The translations under genes were made by a program, and so were the position numbers. From Candidatus Coatesbacteria bacterium (GTDB taxonomy: Bacteria; RBG-13-66-14; B26-G2; JAUVZD01): DNA of 64,000 nucleotides. The notes under the pieces are model-generated. The model saw only the letters and a list, made by a program, of their open reading frames with translations. It did not search any database and was not told where the DNA came from. The first letter of the stretch is position 1. Each line of letters starts with the position of its first letter. Below are positions 26,520 through 36,947 of this stretch, piece by piece. Where the stretch lies: the NCBI GenBank assembly GCA_030602715.1, contig JAUVZD010000006.1:26465-90464 (forward strand). The letters run 5' to 3'.

Positions 26520-27053
26520 TCAATCTATCTCCAATACCTCGGTTTCCATCTGCGGAAGTTTAAGGAGCACGGCGGTCTTTTTCCCGAAAAGCCAACCCCC
26601 AAGTTCGCCGGGATTGATGACTAATGTGTTATGCCTGGTCTCTATCAGTAGCTGGTGGTTGTGTCCGAAGACGACGATGTCCGATTCGCCGATGAAGGGT
26701 TCGGCGGTTTGGGGGCGGTGGCAGACCACCATGCTTTTTCCCATCATCTCCAGAGAGAACGGCTCCTCATGGACGGGGAAACCAACCGCACTGAAACGTT
26801 CGGTGATGAGCTTTCGCTCACCCTCGTTGTTCCCCAAGACCACAGTTAGGGGAAGACCGGCTTCCTTGAACGGCTCCAGGGTGAAGGGAGAGACCAGGTC
26901 CCCGGCGTGAATCACCTGTTCCACCCCCCGCTCTGTGAATATACCCAGGACCGCTTTCATGGCGGGGAGGTTATCGTGGCTGTCGGAGATGATGCCTGTA
27001 AGCATTGTAAATCCTCTCTTCAAATTTGAGATATTAACATAGTTAGTGCTCAA
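26520..27053 (-). CDS. Metallophosphoesterase (MJ0936/YfcE-like phosphodiesterase)
   Basis: ISDSHDN…GDLVSP…GNNEGE…GHNH metal-binding motifs. 177 aa. Confidence 0.7.
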   Translation of the reverse strand: MSTNYVNISNLKRGFTMLTGIISDSHDNLPAMKAVLGIFTERGVEQVIHAGDLVSPFTLEPFKEAGLPLTVVLGNNEGERKLITERFSAVGFPVHEEPFSLEMMGKSMVVCHRPQTAEPFIGESDIVVFGHNHQLLIETRHNTLVINPGELGGWLFGKKTAVLLKLPQMETEVLEID

Positions 27054-27076
27054 AATACATTACTTCATACAACGAA

Positions 27077-28084
27077 TTACCACCAGATTGAAAAATATTG
27101 ACAATCCCTACAGAGGGGAGTTGCTTGAAAACGCCCCTCTAAATGGGCTTCCCGAAATTGATTTATAATCTCACCGTGCCATATTTCGATAATACTTTGT
27201 TTTGTGGAGTTACCCAATGGCACTTTTGCGTCGAAATCCCGACAACAGAGGGGCACCGTGCCATCCCAGTAGATGTTGACCTGACTCCAAAGGTGGATGC
27301 AGGGTGAGCGGTAGCTGGGTAAAATTGCGCTATGAGGTGTCTTAATTCCATTGGGAAGGGTAATTTGTCCCGCCCAAGATTCAGGCCGGCGGAAGATCAG
27401 TTTGTCGGCGATACCTTGCAGAAGTTTTTTCATAGACCTTTTCTCTCTCTCGTTTTGCGGAGTTAGTATTACATCAACCGTTATCATCGGCTTTCCTTGG
27501 CGACGGATTGAGGATAAGTACCGCAGATTGTTAATCACCACATCAAAGTCCAGATTGGGCCGGATGGCGTTGTAAGTTTCGGGAGTGGCGCCGTCTATAG
27601 AGACATCTATGGCTGTAAGTCCGGCTTCAACTAGCTCCAGTGCCCGCTTGGGTGTGAGCAGGGAACCGTTGGTGAAGAAGCCTACGTACTCAATACCCGC
27701 ATTCTTGGCAAAGGCGACTTTATCGGCAAGGTTCTTGTCCATTAAGGGTTCGCCGAAGCCGGAGAGGTATAACCTTGTCCTGGGGTGTTGTTTTATCTGT
27801 TCAATCAGGCTGCGGTATAGCTTGTTCGACATTACCCCCAACTTTCGTTTCATCACCTTACGGGTGCAGAGAAGGCAGTTGGCGTTGCACAATGCGGAGG
27901 ATTCAATTGCGATAGTGTGGGGGAACTTTAGCATACTGCGAATACGGTTTTCAATCCTACACTGGTGAAGACGGCGATAGAGATAGTTGCCCAATACCGC
28001 CGGCCGGGTGAGCATAAAGTAGGCGAATTCGCGGGGAATATAGTGACTCCGCGCCCACCAATGGATTTTTTCGTATATCAACAT
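27077..28084 (-). CDS. Radical SAM protein with a C-terminal SPASM/twitch-like Cys cluster, embedded in the polysaccharide locus
   Basis: ALCNANCLLCTRK (CxxxCxxC) and the C-terminal cluster CIHLW…GTVPLCCRDF…CRDCQYF. Confidence 0.6.
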   Translation of the reverse strand: MLIYEKIHWWARSHYIPREFAYFMLTRPAVLGNYLYRRLHQCRIENRIRSMLKFPHTIAIESSALCNANCLLCTRKVMKRKLGVMSNKLYRSLIEQIKQHPRTRLYLSGFGEPLMDKNLADKVAFAKNAGIEYVGFFTNGSLLTPKRALELVEAGLTAIDVSIDGATPETYNAIRPNLDFDVVINNLRYLSSIRRQGKPMITVDVILTPQNEREKRSMKKLLQGIADKLIFRRPESWAGQITLPNGIKTPHSAILPSYRSPCIHLWSQVNIYWDGTVPLCCRDFDAKVPLGNSTKQSIIEIWHGEIINQFREAHLEGRFQATPLCRDCQYFSIWW

Positions 28085-28277
28085 CCGTTAGCTTTCCTGT
28101 CGCTTAGAAGCTTTTGCTGTCGGAAAAATCAATATTTGCTAAAAACCAACGATTAGGTTATAAAATACAAAGGTCAATTAGTCAAGGAAGGAATGAGCTT
28201 ATATTCAGAACCACCTTAGCCTGCTTTATGCTATCATTTGGGAGGATTAATCACTACATAAAACTTATGGAGGCAAG

Positions 28278-30275
28278 GTGTTTCTGAAGTCATCCCTTTT
28301 TCGGTTCCTGTTGGTAGTGTTTGCGTCTGTATCTATCATCTCTACTGTCGGATGTAAGCATGACCAGGTTGACCAGGAGGTTCAACCCGCCCAGAAGGAA
28401 CTAGCCCGGTCGGGACCATATCTAAAGAGCGACCAGGAGTCCTACCTGCGCTACGAGGTGGTGCAGATAGACCTCTTTTTGCCAGGTGTGGACATAGAGA
28501 GCGCCAAGAATATGGCTATTGAGGCTCGGGGGAAGATATATAAAGACGATGAACAGGTCCTTGGCGTTGCAGGATTTTCGGATTTTCCCCTCAGCTACGA
28601 CCCCCATCAGGGCTGTTGGGTGGGGAAGTGGGCTATGCCCTGGAACCCGGAACTGGGCGATTATCAGGCGGTGGTTACCGCGGTCACACCGGAGGGAAAC
28701 CTGAAACTGTCCGCTCAATTTGAGATTTGCGGAAAATCCCCCAGCAAGGATGTTTCCTTTCCGCTTACCGCAGTTACACTGGAGACGGATACCAGATATG
28801 ACCGCATCAAATTTATGCAACCCGACGGCAGTTTGGGAGATTGGCAGGGGGTGATAGATTGGGCGGAATTTATGGGCGCCGATTCCGTCTGGTATCTGAC
28901 CGGCTTGACCAAGGCTATGTATTACCCCACTCCGGATGAGCCCTTCAGGGAGTATAATTTTGAGCTGGCGAAGAAACTGGGTGCTTATGCTCACCAGCGG
29001 GGATTGAAGTTCGGTGCCTGGATCGGTTGTTTTCTCCCCTACGGCAGGACCCAGCCGGATGTGGGGGCAAAGTTCTCTCGCAACTATGTGGACGGTTCCT
29101 TCATATATACGCTTCACTTCTCTTTGGCTGATGAGAAACGTAAGGGGGATATCATAGACCTTGTAAGGTGGATGGACGGGCAGGCGGAGATAGATTATAT
29201 CGGCTTTGATTATATCCGCACCGGCTTCGGGGGCTATGAGCTGGTGGATGAGTTTGTCAGGGACCTGGGTTTGGAGGTGCCGGAAGATTTTTGGCAGAGG
29301 AGGCTTGAGGGGCGGATGCTGTGGTTGGTGAGCAAACTGGCGAACCGGGTTCCCGGCTGGATTGAGCTCTGGCAGTGGTGGCGGGCAAGCAAGGTAGCCC
29401 GTCTGGTGAAAGAGCTGGTGGAAGCGTCAGGCACGGAAAAGCCCATATTCTGCTTCACCCTGGGCTGGGAGATGGGGCACCAACACGGTCAGGATGTGCT
29501 CATGATGAATGACGCCGGGGTGGATTTCGTAGCCCTTATGTTATACGAGGCTACCCGGGACGAGTTTGACTATATGATGCTCAGTTGGCCCCAATATATC
29601 CGTGATAACCAGGCAAATCTGGTCCTGGGCAACTGCCTCAATGAGCACCTGCTGGATAACAAGTGGTATCCCGGTCAGATCGCCCCCAAGGAGTATTTTG
29701 ACCGTTCGGTTACCGCTCTGGAGAAGCTCTATCCCGACGGCGTCCCGGAGGGCGTCTTCTGGCACGACATAGACCGAGCCCTCTCCGGACTGGGAGGGGA
29801 TTTTCCAGTGATGGAGTTCGCCCTGGCGGGCGGGGCGGCATTCTCCACCGTGCGGGAGATGAACGGAACCCTGCCCCTTGCGGTCCATATCAAAGATATA
29901 GGCGAGAGTGGAGCCGGTGATTGGGCTCTTGAGGTGGAACTCATCAACCATACCTCTGCGGATATTGAGGATGTAATGCTCCAGATACCTCCCACTCTGG
30001 GGGTTAAACCGGCGCAGAAGGAGTGGTCTCTCGGCAAGGTCCCCGCAGGGCAGACGATGAACATCACCCTCCCTCTATCCCTGGGCAGAGCGCGCTATAC
30101 ATTGCTGGTGGGGGTGCTGTGCACCTGGGGTGAAGGTGGGGTGGATGAGCGTTCCTTTGATGTGGTCACTGTGCACATATTTAAGAAGCCCAAAGAGAAG
30201 GTTGATGAGGGGGCTTCAGAGGTTGGCAGCGATTCAAGCACAGAAAGCATGGAGTTGAGTAAAGATGGGTTTTGA
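28278..30275 (+). CDS. Large lipoprotein, putative TIM-barrel glycoside-hydrolase-like (GHL-type) protein
   Basis: Signal peptide with a lipobox-like STVGC. Central region …GAWIGCFLPYG…IDYIGFDYIRTGFGGYEL… resembles hypothetical glycosyl-hydrolase-like families. No catalytic residues assigned. Confidence 0.35.
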   Translation: MFLKSSLFRFLLVVFASVSIISTVGCKHDQVDQEVQPAQKELARSGPYLKSDQESYLRYEVVQIDLFLPGVDIESAKNMAIEARGKIYKDDEQVLGVAGFSDFPLSYDPHQGCWVGKWAMPWNPELGDYQAVVTAVTPEGNLKLSAQFEICGKSPSKDVSFPLTAVTLETDTRYDRIKFMQPDGSLGDWQGVIDWAEFMGADSVWYLTGLTKAMYYPTPDEPFREYNFELAKKLGAYAHQRGLKFGAWIGCFLPYGRTQPDVGAKFSRNYVDGSFIYTLHFSLADEKRKGDIIDLVRWMDGQAEIDYIGFDYIRTGFGGYELVDEFVRDLGLEVPEDFWQRRLEGRMLWLVSKLANRVPGWIELWQWWRASKVARLVKELVEASGTEKPIFCFTLGWEMGHQHGQDVLMMNDAGVDFVALMLYEATRDEFDYMMLSWPQYIRDNQANLVLGNCLNEHLLDNKWYPGQIAPKEYFDRSVTALEKLYPDGVPEGVFWHDIDRALSGLGGDFPVMEFALAGGAAFSTVREMNGTLPLAVHIKDIGESGAGDWALEVELINHTSADIEDVMLQIPPTLGVKPAQKEWSLGKVPAGQTMNITLPLSLGRARYTLLVGVLCTWGEGGVDERSFDVVTVHIFKKPKEKVDEGASEVGSDSSTESMELSKDGF

Positions 30276-31020
30276 CCGCTATAGTAGGCAATATATCCTC
30301 TCCGAGATAGGTGCCAAGGGACAGGATAGATTGGCTTCCTCTCGGGTGGTGGTGGTCGGTCTGGGGGCATCGGGCGGGATAACTGCCGAATACCTGGCTA
30401 GAGCCGGTGTGGGTTATCTTCGGATAATTGACCGGGATATTGTGGAGGAATCCAATCTGTCCCGCCAGACGCTCTTCACCCAGAAAGATGCCGATGAGGG
30501 CTTGCCCAAGGCTTTGGCGGCGAAACGTTATCTGCATCTGGTAAACGCCACTATAGAGATAGAGTCTCATAACTCGGACCTTAACGCCTCCAACTGTGAT
30601 GAGTTGCTCTCCGATGTGGATATTATCCTGGACGGAACGGATAACTATCCCACCCGTTTCCTGATAAATGACTATGCGGTGAAGATGGGTTTGCCGTGGA
30701 TATATACCGCCGTTTTGGGGATGGAAGGGGTCTGTATGGCCATAGTCCCCGCCAAAGGTCCCTGCTTAACTTGCCTTATGGAGAGGGAGCCGGAGGCGGG
30801 CAGTTTTGGGACTACCGAGTGTGTGGGTGTGCTTGGACCAATGCCCGGCTTGGTTAGCTGTCTGCAGTCAGCGAGGGCAATCCGTTATCTTGTGGAGGGG
30901 GATGTGGACCTCAACCTGGTATCCGTAAATATCTGGACCGGAGATTTTCGCAGTCGTTCCTTAGCTAGAAGAAAAGACTGCCCCACTTGCGGGCGGGGCG
31001 AATTCCCCTATCTTGGTTAG
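30265..31020 (+). CDS. ThiF/MoeB/HesA-family E1-like adenylyltransferase with a C-terminal CxxC…CxxC zinc motif
   Basis: YSRQ…VVVVGLGASGG nucleotide-binding loop. CLTC…CPTCG near the C-terminus. The ATG overlaps the upstream gene end by 11 nt. Confidence 0.65.
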   Translation: MGFDRYSRQYILSEIGAKGQDRLASSRVVVVGLGASGGITAEYLARAGVGYLRIIDRDIVEESNLSRQTLFTQKDADEGLPKALAAKRYLHLVNATIEIESHNSDLNASNCDELLSDVDIILDGTDNYPTRFLINDYAVKMGLPWIYTAVLGMEGVCMAIVPAKGPCLTCLMEREPEAGSFGTTECVGVLGPMPGLVSCLQSARAIRYLVEGDVDLNLVSVNIWTGDFRSRSLARRKDCPTCGRGEFPYLG

Positions 31021-31030
31021 AAACATAGAA

Positions 31031-31093
31031 GGCGAGGGTGGAATCCTCGCCTTTAGAAATAGATGAAAAGCGACCCCATTTTAACAGGTCGCT
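31031..31093. terminator. Pair of convergent terminator hairpins (ThiF-like gene on +, UXS gene on -)
   Basis: ggcgagg…cctcgcc followed by ttt (31031..31054) for the + gene. agcgacc…ggtcgct (31069..31093) followed on the minus strand by TTTTCATC for the - gene. Confidence 0.45.
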
Positions 31094-31094
31094 C

Positions 31095-32045
31095 TTATTC
31101 TTGCAGTCTCTCCCGGAAGTAATCCAGGGTTTCCTTCAAGCCCGCTTCCAGCTCAATCTTTGGTTCCCAGCAAAGAATCTCCCGTGCTTTGGTGATGTCC
31201 GGCTTGCGGCGAGCGGGGTCGTCGGGGGGCATCTTCTTGGTGGTGTATTTCGGCTTCTTCCCCAGTATCTTCCAGATGAGTTCACCCAGTTCCCTGATGG
31301 TCATCTCCAAGGGGTTGCCAATATTGATTGGAAGGTGGTAGTCGCTTTCAAGCAGGCGCAGGAGACCCTCAACCATGTCGCTTATGTAGCAGAAAGAGCG
31401 GGTCTGGCTACCGTCGCCGTAGAGGGTAAGTGATTTTCCAGTGAGGGCTTGCACCATGAAGTTGGGTATGACCCGCCCGTCGTTTAAGCGCATGCGAGGA
31501 CCGAAGGTGTTGAATATGCGGGCGATGCGCACCTTCAAGCCGTGGATGCGGTGATAAGCCATGGTGATGGCTTCGGCGAAGCGCTTGGATTCATCGTAAG
31601 CTCCTCTAATGCCAATGGGATTGACATTGCCTCGATATTCCTCCGTCTGGGGATGCTCCAATGGGTCGCCGTAGACCTCGGATGTGGAGGCAAGGAGCAT
31701 CACTGCCCCTTTGGCTTTGGCGATTCCCAGTGCGTTATGAGTTCCCAGGGCGCCGACCTTTAATATCTGTATTGGTAGGGTGGCGAAGTCGGCGGGACTT
31801 GCCGGACTTGCCAGGTGGAGAACATAGTCCAGAGAGCCCTCAATATTGATGCCTTTGGTGACATCGGCTTCAATGAAGGTGAAGCGGGGGTGGTCGGTGA
31901 TAGCGGCAAGGTTCTCCCGCCTGCCGGTGATCAGATTGTCGATGCAGATTACCTGATGACCCTCATCTATCAGCCGTTCACAGAGATGAGAACCGATAAA
32001 ACCGGCACCGCCGGTTACCAGTGTGCAGGGAGCTTTCTTTACCAT
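31095..32045 (-). CDS. UDP-glucuronate decarboxylase (UDP-xylose synthase)-type SDR
   Basis: [17 protein letters not shown], and [34 protein letters not shown] is near-diagnostic for UXS/ArnA-C-type decarboxylases. Confidence 0.75.
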   Translation of the reverse strand: MVKKAPCTLVTGGAGFIGSHLCERLIDEGHQVICIDNLITGRRENLAAITDHPRFTFIEADVTKGINIEGSLDYVLHLASPASPADFATLPIQILKVGALGTHNALGIAKAKGAVMLLASTSEVYGDPLEHPQTEEYRGNVNPIGIRGAYDESKRFAEAITMAYHRIHGLKVRIARIFNTFGPRMRLNDGRVIPNFMVQALTGKSLTLYGDGSQTRSFCYISDMVEGLLRLLESDYHLPINIGNPLEMTIRELGELIWKILGKKPKYTTKKMPPDDPARRKPDITKAREILCWEPKIELEAGLKETLDYFRERLQE

Positions 32046-32059
32046 AGAAATATAGTGGT

Positions 32060-33652
32060 TTAGAGGTTGAAGCGAACCAGTCCGAAAAATCTAATAAGGT
32101 TTCGGCTTACTCCTTGCTGATTGGATAGGTTTTTTATGCTTTCGTAACGTATGCCCAGCGAGTAGTCCATCCGCCACAGGAGGGGCTCACCCTCAATCAC
32201 ACAGCCGAAGGCGTTTGAGGTCTCCACAATCCCAGAGGGAAAGGGCAAGCCCTTGGCGTCTATCCCCTCCTGCCAGGTCTCATCAATGGTGCCCTCACCC
32301 TTTCGCTGGCGGTCAAAGAATAGATGGGTGGAGAGCTGGGGAGAGATGAAATAGCTCACCTGCACAAAGAGCTGGTCGGCGTCCGGTCCCAACCAGAAGC
32401 CGATACAGCGGTCTTTGTTAATATAACGGTTACGTTCGTATATATGAGTGTAGGTGTAGCGGTTTACGCGGGCGTATTCCACATGTAGGTCCAGGCTGGG
32501 GAGAAAGGCGGGGATATACTGTCCCCCGATGGAGAAGCCCAGCTTGTTGGGCGCTCCCTGGGGGATGCTCTCGTATTGGAAGTCGTCTATCAAAAACTCA
32601 CCGTAGAGGCGCAAGCCATCAAACGGGCGACATTCGCCGTCAAGCGACCAGAGGATGTTGTCCTTATCCTTCTGATTCCACTGTAGAACGTAGTAGGGGA
32701 TAATGGGGTTGAAATACTGCACCATAATCCCCTGCTCGGCGAAGAATAGCACCTCTGAGGCGGAGAGGGCTATGCGGTCGGTCACCCGCACCGTTACCCG
32801 ATGACCGGAGAGGAAGGAGTCTGTGGGAGGGTCTATTGCTGCAGCGAAGGATTCAAAGGTTATCCTGCCGAAGCCGGTGCGCAGGCGGAAGAAATCCATG
32901 GAGGGTTGATTGAGGGACAGGAGCAGACCACTGCGATAGCCCGGTCCCCATATCATCCTATCCCGCCCCACCTCAAGGGTCAGATATTTCAGGTCCAGGT
33001 TGATGTAAGCCTGCTCCACAGCTGGCAGGAAACCTGCCCAGTCCCTTGATGAAGTTATCATATCCGCAGGAAAATCAAAGGGATGAGGTTCGTCCCTGAA
33101 GATTCTTCGCACGCGCATCTGGTTGTGGAGAAGGATTCGCTCTCCGAGGGCAACCCCACCGAATATCCCCAATCCAGCAAACAGGGTGTCCTCTTTAAGG
33201 CTCCGGCGGTAGAGTATCCCCCCCAGGACCAGATTTCCCCCCAGATGGTATTTGATGCCGTCATCTTCTCCAAGAATAAGGTAGCCGGGAAGATAGCCGA
33301 TATTTCCCTCTTCAACGGCGACATTGGAGGTGCTTGGTGGGTAAATGTCCAGAAGCTTGCTCAGACGCTGGAGGTAGTAGTTGTCCAGCTCATCCAGCCT
33401 GTTGGGGGGGATGTTGCGGTTGATGTGGTCCAGGACCTCGGCGAACTCCCTCTCGGTTATTGGACGCTCCAGATAAAACTTACCGGGAAGGTAGCCCTTG
33501 GCGGAGAAGTGGTCCAGAGCCTGGTAAGCCCAATCCTGCTGCCAGGGAATCGCCCAATCCTCCAGATTAACATTCTCCAGCTCCAGGGCGCCTGCTGTTG
33601 TGCTGGTAATTATGCAGATGAGCAGAATAGGGGGGAGTAGGAGACGATACAT
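32060..33652 (-). CDS. Secreted putative outer-membrane beta-barrel protein (possibly capsule-assembly Wzi-like)
   Basis: Signal peptide, 530 aa, alternating amphipathic beta-strand character, C-terminal …LVRFNL aromatic-terminal residue. Sits between UXS and Ugd in the polysaccharide locus. Confidence 0.3.
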   Translation of the reverse strand: MYRLLLPPILLICIITSTTAGALELENVNLEDWAIPWQQDWAYQALDHFSAKGYLPGKFYLERPITEREFAEVLDHINRNIPPNRLDELDNYYLQRLSKLLDIYPPSTSNVAVEEGNIGYLPGYLILGEDDGIKYHLGGNLVLGGILYRRSLKEDTLFAGLGIFGGVALGERILLHNQMRVRRIFRDEPHPFDFPADMITSSRDWAGFLPAVEQAYINLDLKYLTLEVGRDRMIWGPGYRSGLLLSLNQPSMDFFRLRTGFGRITFESFAAAIDPPTDSFLSGHRVTVRVTDRIALSASEVLFFAEQGIMVQYFNPIIPYYVLQWNQKDKDNILWSLDGECRPFDGLRLYGEFLIDDFQYESIPQGAPNKLGFSIGGQYIPAFLPSLDLHVEYARVNRYTYTHIYERNRYINKDRCIGFWLGPDADQLFVQVSYFISPQLSTHLFFDRQRKGEGTIDETWQEGIDAKGLPFPSGIVETSNAFGCVIEGEPLLWRMDYSLGIRYESIKNLSNQQGVSRNLIRFFGLVRFNL

Positions 33653-33664
33653 ATTACAACTTTT

Positions 33665-34954
33665 CTACCTTCCGATGCCGTAATAGGTGAAGCCCAGCTC
33701 CCTCATCTCCCGGGGGTGGTAAATATTTCGCCCGTCTATGATGATGGGGGAAGCCATCAGCCCTTTTATCTTTTTTATGTCAGCCTGCTTGAATTCGTTC
33801 CACTCGGTCATTATCAGCAGGGCGACCGCTCCCTTGACCGCACCATAGGAGTCCGAGGCGTATTCTATATCCGGCAGGATTTTTTGGGTATTTTCCCCCG
33901 CTACCGGGTCATATGCGGACACCTCCGCGCCCATCTCCAGCAACTTGATGATCACATCTGTTGCCGGTGCCTCACGGATGTCGTCGGTATTGGGTTTGAA
34001 CGATAATCCCCACACCGCGACGCGTTTCCCGCTCAAGTCACGAAACTCCGTGAGCAGTTTGTCAATTACCCGAAATCGCTGGCGGGCGTTTACCTCAATG
34101 ACCGAGTTTAGAACCTTGAAGTTGTAGCCGACATTATCAGCGATGTTGACCAGAGCCAGGGTGTCCTTGGGGAAGCAGGAGCCACCATAGCCCACGCCGG
34201 CATTTAGAAAGGCGGGGTTGATGCGCTTGTCCAGACCCATACCGTGAACTACCTCATTGATGTCTGCTCCTACCAGTTCGCAGATGTTGGCGATTTCGTT
34301 GATGAAGCTGATTTCGGTGGCTAGAAAGGCGTTGGAGGAGTATTTTATCATCTCTGCAGAGAGGATATCGGTGATGATGATGGGACAGTTAAGCGGACGG
34401 TATAGCTGGGCAATCTCCGCGCCGGCGGTATCGCTGTCGGTGCCGATGACCACCCGGTCGGGGTTCATGAAGTCGAAGATAGCCGCTCCTTCTCTGAGAA
34501 ACTCCGGATTGGAGACCACGGTCACTTCGGGGTGGTGCACAGTATTTTCGGCTATCAGCCTTGCCACCAGATTTCCAGTGCCCACCGGGACGGTTGACTT
34601 GTTGACCACTACCGCATTATGGTCCAGGTGCCTGGCAATCTCCATGGCTACGTTCTCCACTTGCGATAGGTCCGCCTCGCCATTGGGTCCGGAAGGGGTG
34701 CCCACGGCGATGAAGATGGCTTCGGCTTTCTCAATGCCCTCCTTTAATGAGGTGGTGAAATGGAGACGACCACGCTCGGAGTTCTCCCGGACCATCTCAA
34801 AGAGACGTGGTTCGTAGATGGGAATCTCCCCCTGAGAAAGCCTCTCTATCTTCTCCTTGTCGGTGTCTATACAGAATACGTTGTTGCCCAGGTCGGCAAA
34901 GCAGACTCCGGTTACCAAGCCAACATATCCTGTTCCGATTACGGCAATCTCCAT
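33665..34954 (-). CDS. ugd: UDP-glucose 6-dehydrogenase
   Basis: MEIAVIGTGYVGLVTGVCFADLGNNV… Rossmann N-domain, catalytic Cys region GGSCFPKD, and the UDP-binding C-domain. Confidence 0.85.
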   Translation of the reverse strand: MEIAVIGTGYVGLVTGVCFADLGNNVFCIDTDKEKIERLSQGEIPIYEPRLFEMVRENSERGRLHFTTSLKEGIEKAEAIFIAVGTPSGPNGEADLSQVENVAMEIARHLDHNAVVVNKSTVPVGTGNLVARLIAENTVHHPEVTVVSNPEFLREGAAIFDFMNPDRVVIGTDSDTAGAEIAQLYRPLNCPIIITDILSAEMIKYSSNAFLATEISFINEIANICELVGADINEVVHGMGLDKRINPAFLNAGVGYGGSCFPKDTLALVNIADNVGYNFKVLNSVIEVNARQRFRVIDKLLTEFRDLSGKRVAVWGLSFKPNTDDIREAPATDVIIKLLEMGAEVSAYDPVAGENTQKILPDIEYASDSYGAVKGAVALLIMTEWNEFKQADIKKIKGLMASPIIIDGRNIYHPREMRELGFTYYGIGR

Positions 34955-34955
34955 T

Positions 34956-35918
34956 TTAAACTCTTTCTCGCCAGTATTGAATTAGGTCCTCAATGGTCTT
35001 TTCCAGTTTTATCTCATTCTTCCATCCGGTTGCTTTGCGAAATTTGCTGGAATCTCCTATGAGTATGGGGACATCGCTGGGCCGTATTCTCTCCGGATTT
35101 TGACTGACCTTCACCTTCTTGGGGTCAAGTCTGGATTTGCTGATGATAAGCTCAAGAATATCCTTGATGGGCACCCCGGTCCCGCTGGCGATGTTATACG
35201 CTTCCCCCGGTTTACCCTTTTCCACCGCCATCCAGTAAGCTCTGACCACATCACGAACATCGGTGAAATCCCTGATTGCGTCTAAATTCCCTACCATTAT
35301 CTCCTTACGTTTACCTTTCTCCATCTCCACCAACTGAAGGGCAAAGTTGGAACAGACAAAGACCCTTCCTCTCCTTGGTCCGGTGTGGTTGAAAGCCCGG
35401 GTGCGAAAAACAGGTATTTTGTAGCTTTGGAAGTATTGGTATCCGAGCATATCCTGGGCTACCTTACTTACCCCGTAGGGGGAGAGGGGGCGCAGAGGAC
35501 ATTCTTCAGTTATAGGCAGGTCATCTTTTTGCACCTTGCCGTATTCCTCTGAGGAACAAGCCAGTTGTACCTTCGGGGGGTCGGCTAGAGTGCGGGCTGC
35601 TTCAAGAATATACAATGTGGAGAGGACATTGGTAGTTATGGTTTCACCGGGGGCGGACCAGGATGTGGGCACGAAGCTTTGGGCGGCGAGGTGGAAGATG
35701 ATTTCTGGTTTTGCCTGAGTAATCAGGCTCTTTGTGGAGGAGGAGTCTCGCAGGTCGGTCTCAATCAGATTGACCCTGCCCTCCAGGTGGCGGATGTTCT
35801 CCATAGGACTGCGCCAGCGGATGGTGCCGATGATCTCCGCCTGCGGGAAGTTGTCCAGGATATACTCCGCCAGGTGGCTTCCGGCAAATCCGGTTACTCC
35901 GGTAATCAAAACTCGCAT
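34956..35918 (-). CDS. NAD-dependent sugar-nucleotide dehydratase/reductase (GDP-mannose 4,6-dehydratase / Rmd-like)
   Basis: MRVLITGVTGFAGSHLAEYIL…, with the catalytic YxxxK (SPYGVSK) and a short GMD/Rmd-type architecture. Confidence 0.6.
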   Translation of the reverse strand: MRVLITGVTGFAGSHLAEYILDNFPQAEIIGTIRWRSPMENIRHLEGRVNLIETDLRDSSSTKSLITQAKPEIIFHLAAQSFVPTSWSAPGETITTNVLSTLYILEAARTLADPPKVQLACSSEEYGKVQKDDLPITEECPLRPLSPYGVSKVAQDMLGYQYFQSYKIPVFRTRAFNHTGPRRGRVFVCSNFALQLVEMEKGKRKEIMVGNLDAIRDFTDVRDVVRAYWMAVEKGKPGEAYNIASGTGVPIKDILELIISKSRLDPKKVKVSQNPERIRPSDVPILIGDSSKFRKATGWKNEIKLEKTIEDLIQYWRERV

Positions 35919-36011
35919 ATTGACTTCCTGATGGATGTTTTTGAGGGGAATAATAATTAAATGGGATTATATCCCACTTATATACATGGGTCAACCACTT
36001 TCGCTTTGGGA

Positions 36012-36947
36012 TTAGTCTTTCTGTGCCAGTCTGCCCACTATATCGGTAATTTCTTCATAACCTTTTTCTAAAAGGTATTGACTTAGACCGTCGCAGATTC
36101 TCTCGGCAATGTCCGGCTGGACGAAGATGGCGGTTCCCACCTGCACCGCGCTCGCTCCTGCCAGAAGGAAAGCGCAAGCGTCATCAGAACAGCTTATCCC
36201 CCCCATCCCCACAACGGGAATCTTGACCGCTTGGGCGACCATATAGACCTGGCGCAGGGCAAAGGGTAGAATCGCTGGACCGGATAGCCCCCCGAAGGTG
36301 TTCCCCAGCACTGTTCTTTGGCGTTCAACATCAACAACCAGGGCGGGGAGGGTATTTACGAGAGAGATGGCGTCGGCGCCGGCGTCCTCGGCGGACCTGG
36401 CTATAACCGTGATGTCGGTGACCAGAGGGGCGAGCTTTACCCAGATGGGAAGTGCAGTGGCTTTCTTAACTGCGGAAGTAATTTTAGAGACTACTTTGGG
36501 GTCGGTGCCGAAGTGCATTCCCCCGGCTTTAATGTTGGGGCAGGAGAGGTTTAGCTCCAGAACATCAAGGGGTGAGGCTTGGTTGCACTTCTCGGCCATA
36601 CTTACAAAACCATTATCGTCGTCTGCGGATAGATTGAGAATGATGCGGGTGCCGGCGGACGCCAAGTCCTCAAGCTGGGGTAGTTTCTCCTTGATGACCA
36701 CAGCTATCCCCGGGTTCTCCAGTCCGATGGAGTTGACCAATCCCGCCGGCGTCTCCACCAGTCTGGGAGGGGGATTTCCCGCCTGGGGCTTGGGGGTGGT
36801 GCCCTTGAGCGCCACCCCGCCGAAGACTCTTGGGTCGGCGCTGGGTTCATACTCCCTCCCGTAGCCGAAGGTTCCGGATGCGGCTATGATCGGGTTCTTG
36901 AACTCCAGACTCCCCACAGTGGTGGCAAGTGACGGATGTGTTACCAT
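36012..36947 (-). CDS. pyrD: Dihydroorotate dehydrogenase, class 1B catalytic subunit
   Basis: FKNPIIAASGTFGYG…NLSCPN…GMGGI… TIM-barrel motifs. Overlaps pyrK by 7 nt, the usual pyrK-pyrD arrangement. Confidence 0.85.
   Translation of the reverse strand: MVTHPSLATTVGSLEFKNPIIAASGTFGYGREYEPSADPRVFGGVALKGTTPKPQAGNPPPRLVETPAGLVNSIGLENPGIAVVIKEKLPQLEDLASAGTRIILNLSADDDNGFVSMAEKCNQASPLDVLELNLSCPNIKAGGMHFGTDPKVVSKITSAVKKATALPIWVKLAPLVTDITVIARSAEDAGADAISLVNTLPALVVDVERQRTVLGNTFGGLSGPAILPFALRQVYMVAQAVKIPVVGMGGISCSDDACAFLLAGASAVQVGTAIFVQPDIAERICDGLSQYLLEKGYEEITDIVGRLAQKD

Noticed and set aside
31038-31433. 131-aa plus-strand ORF opposite the UXS gene, plus many similar 60-190-aa antisense ORFs throughout (e.g. 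1975..2556-, 12649..13581-, 28422..29117-, 45847..46377-, 49804..50352-, 51005..51673-)
   Set aside because: All lie antisense or out-of-frame within confidently assigned genes and have Arg/Pro/Gly-rich low-complexity translations typical of high-GC shadow ORFs.
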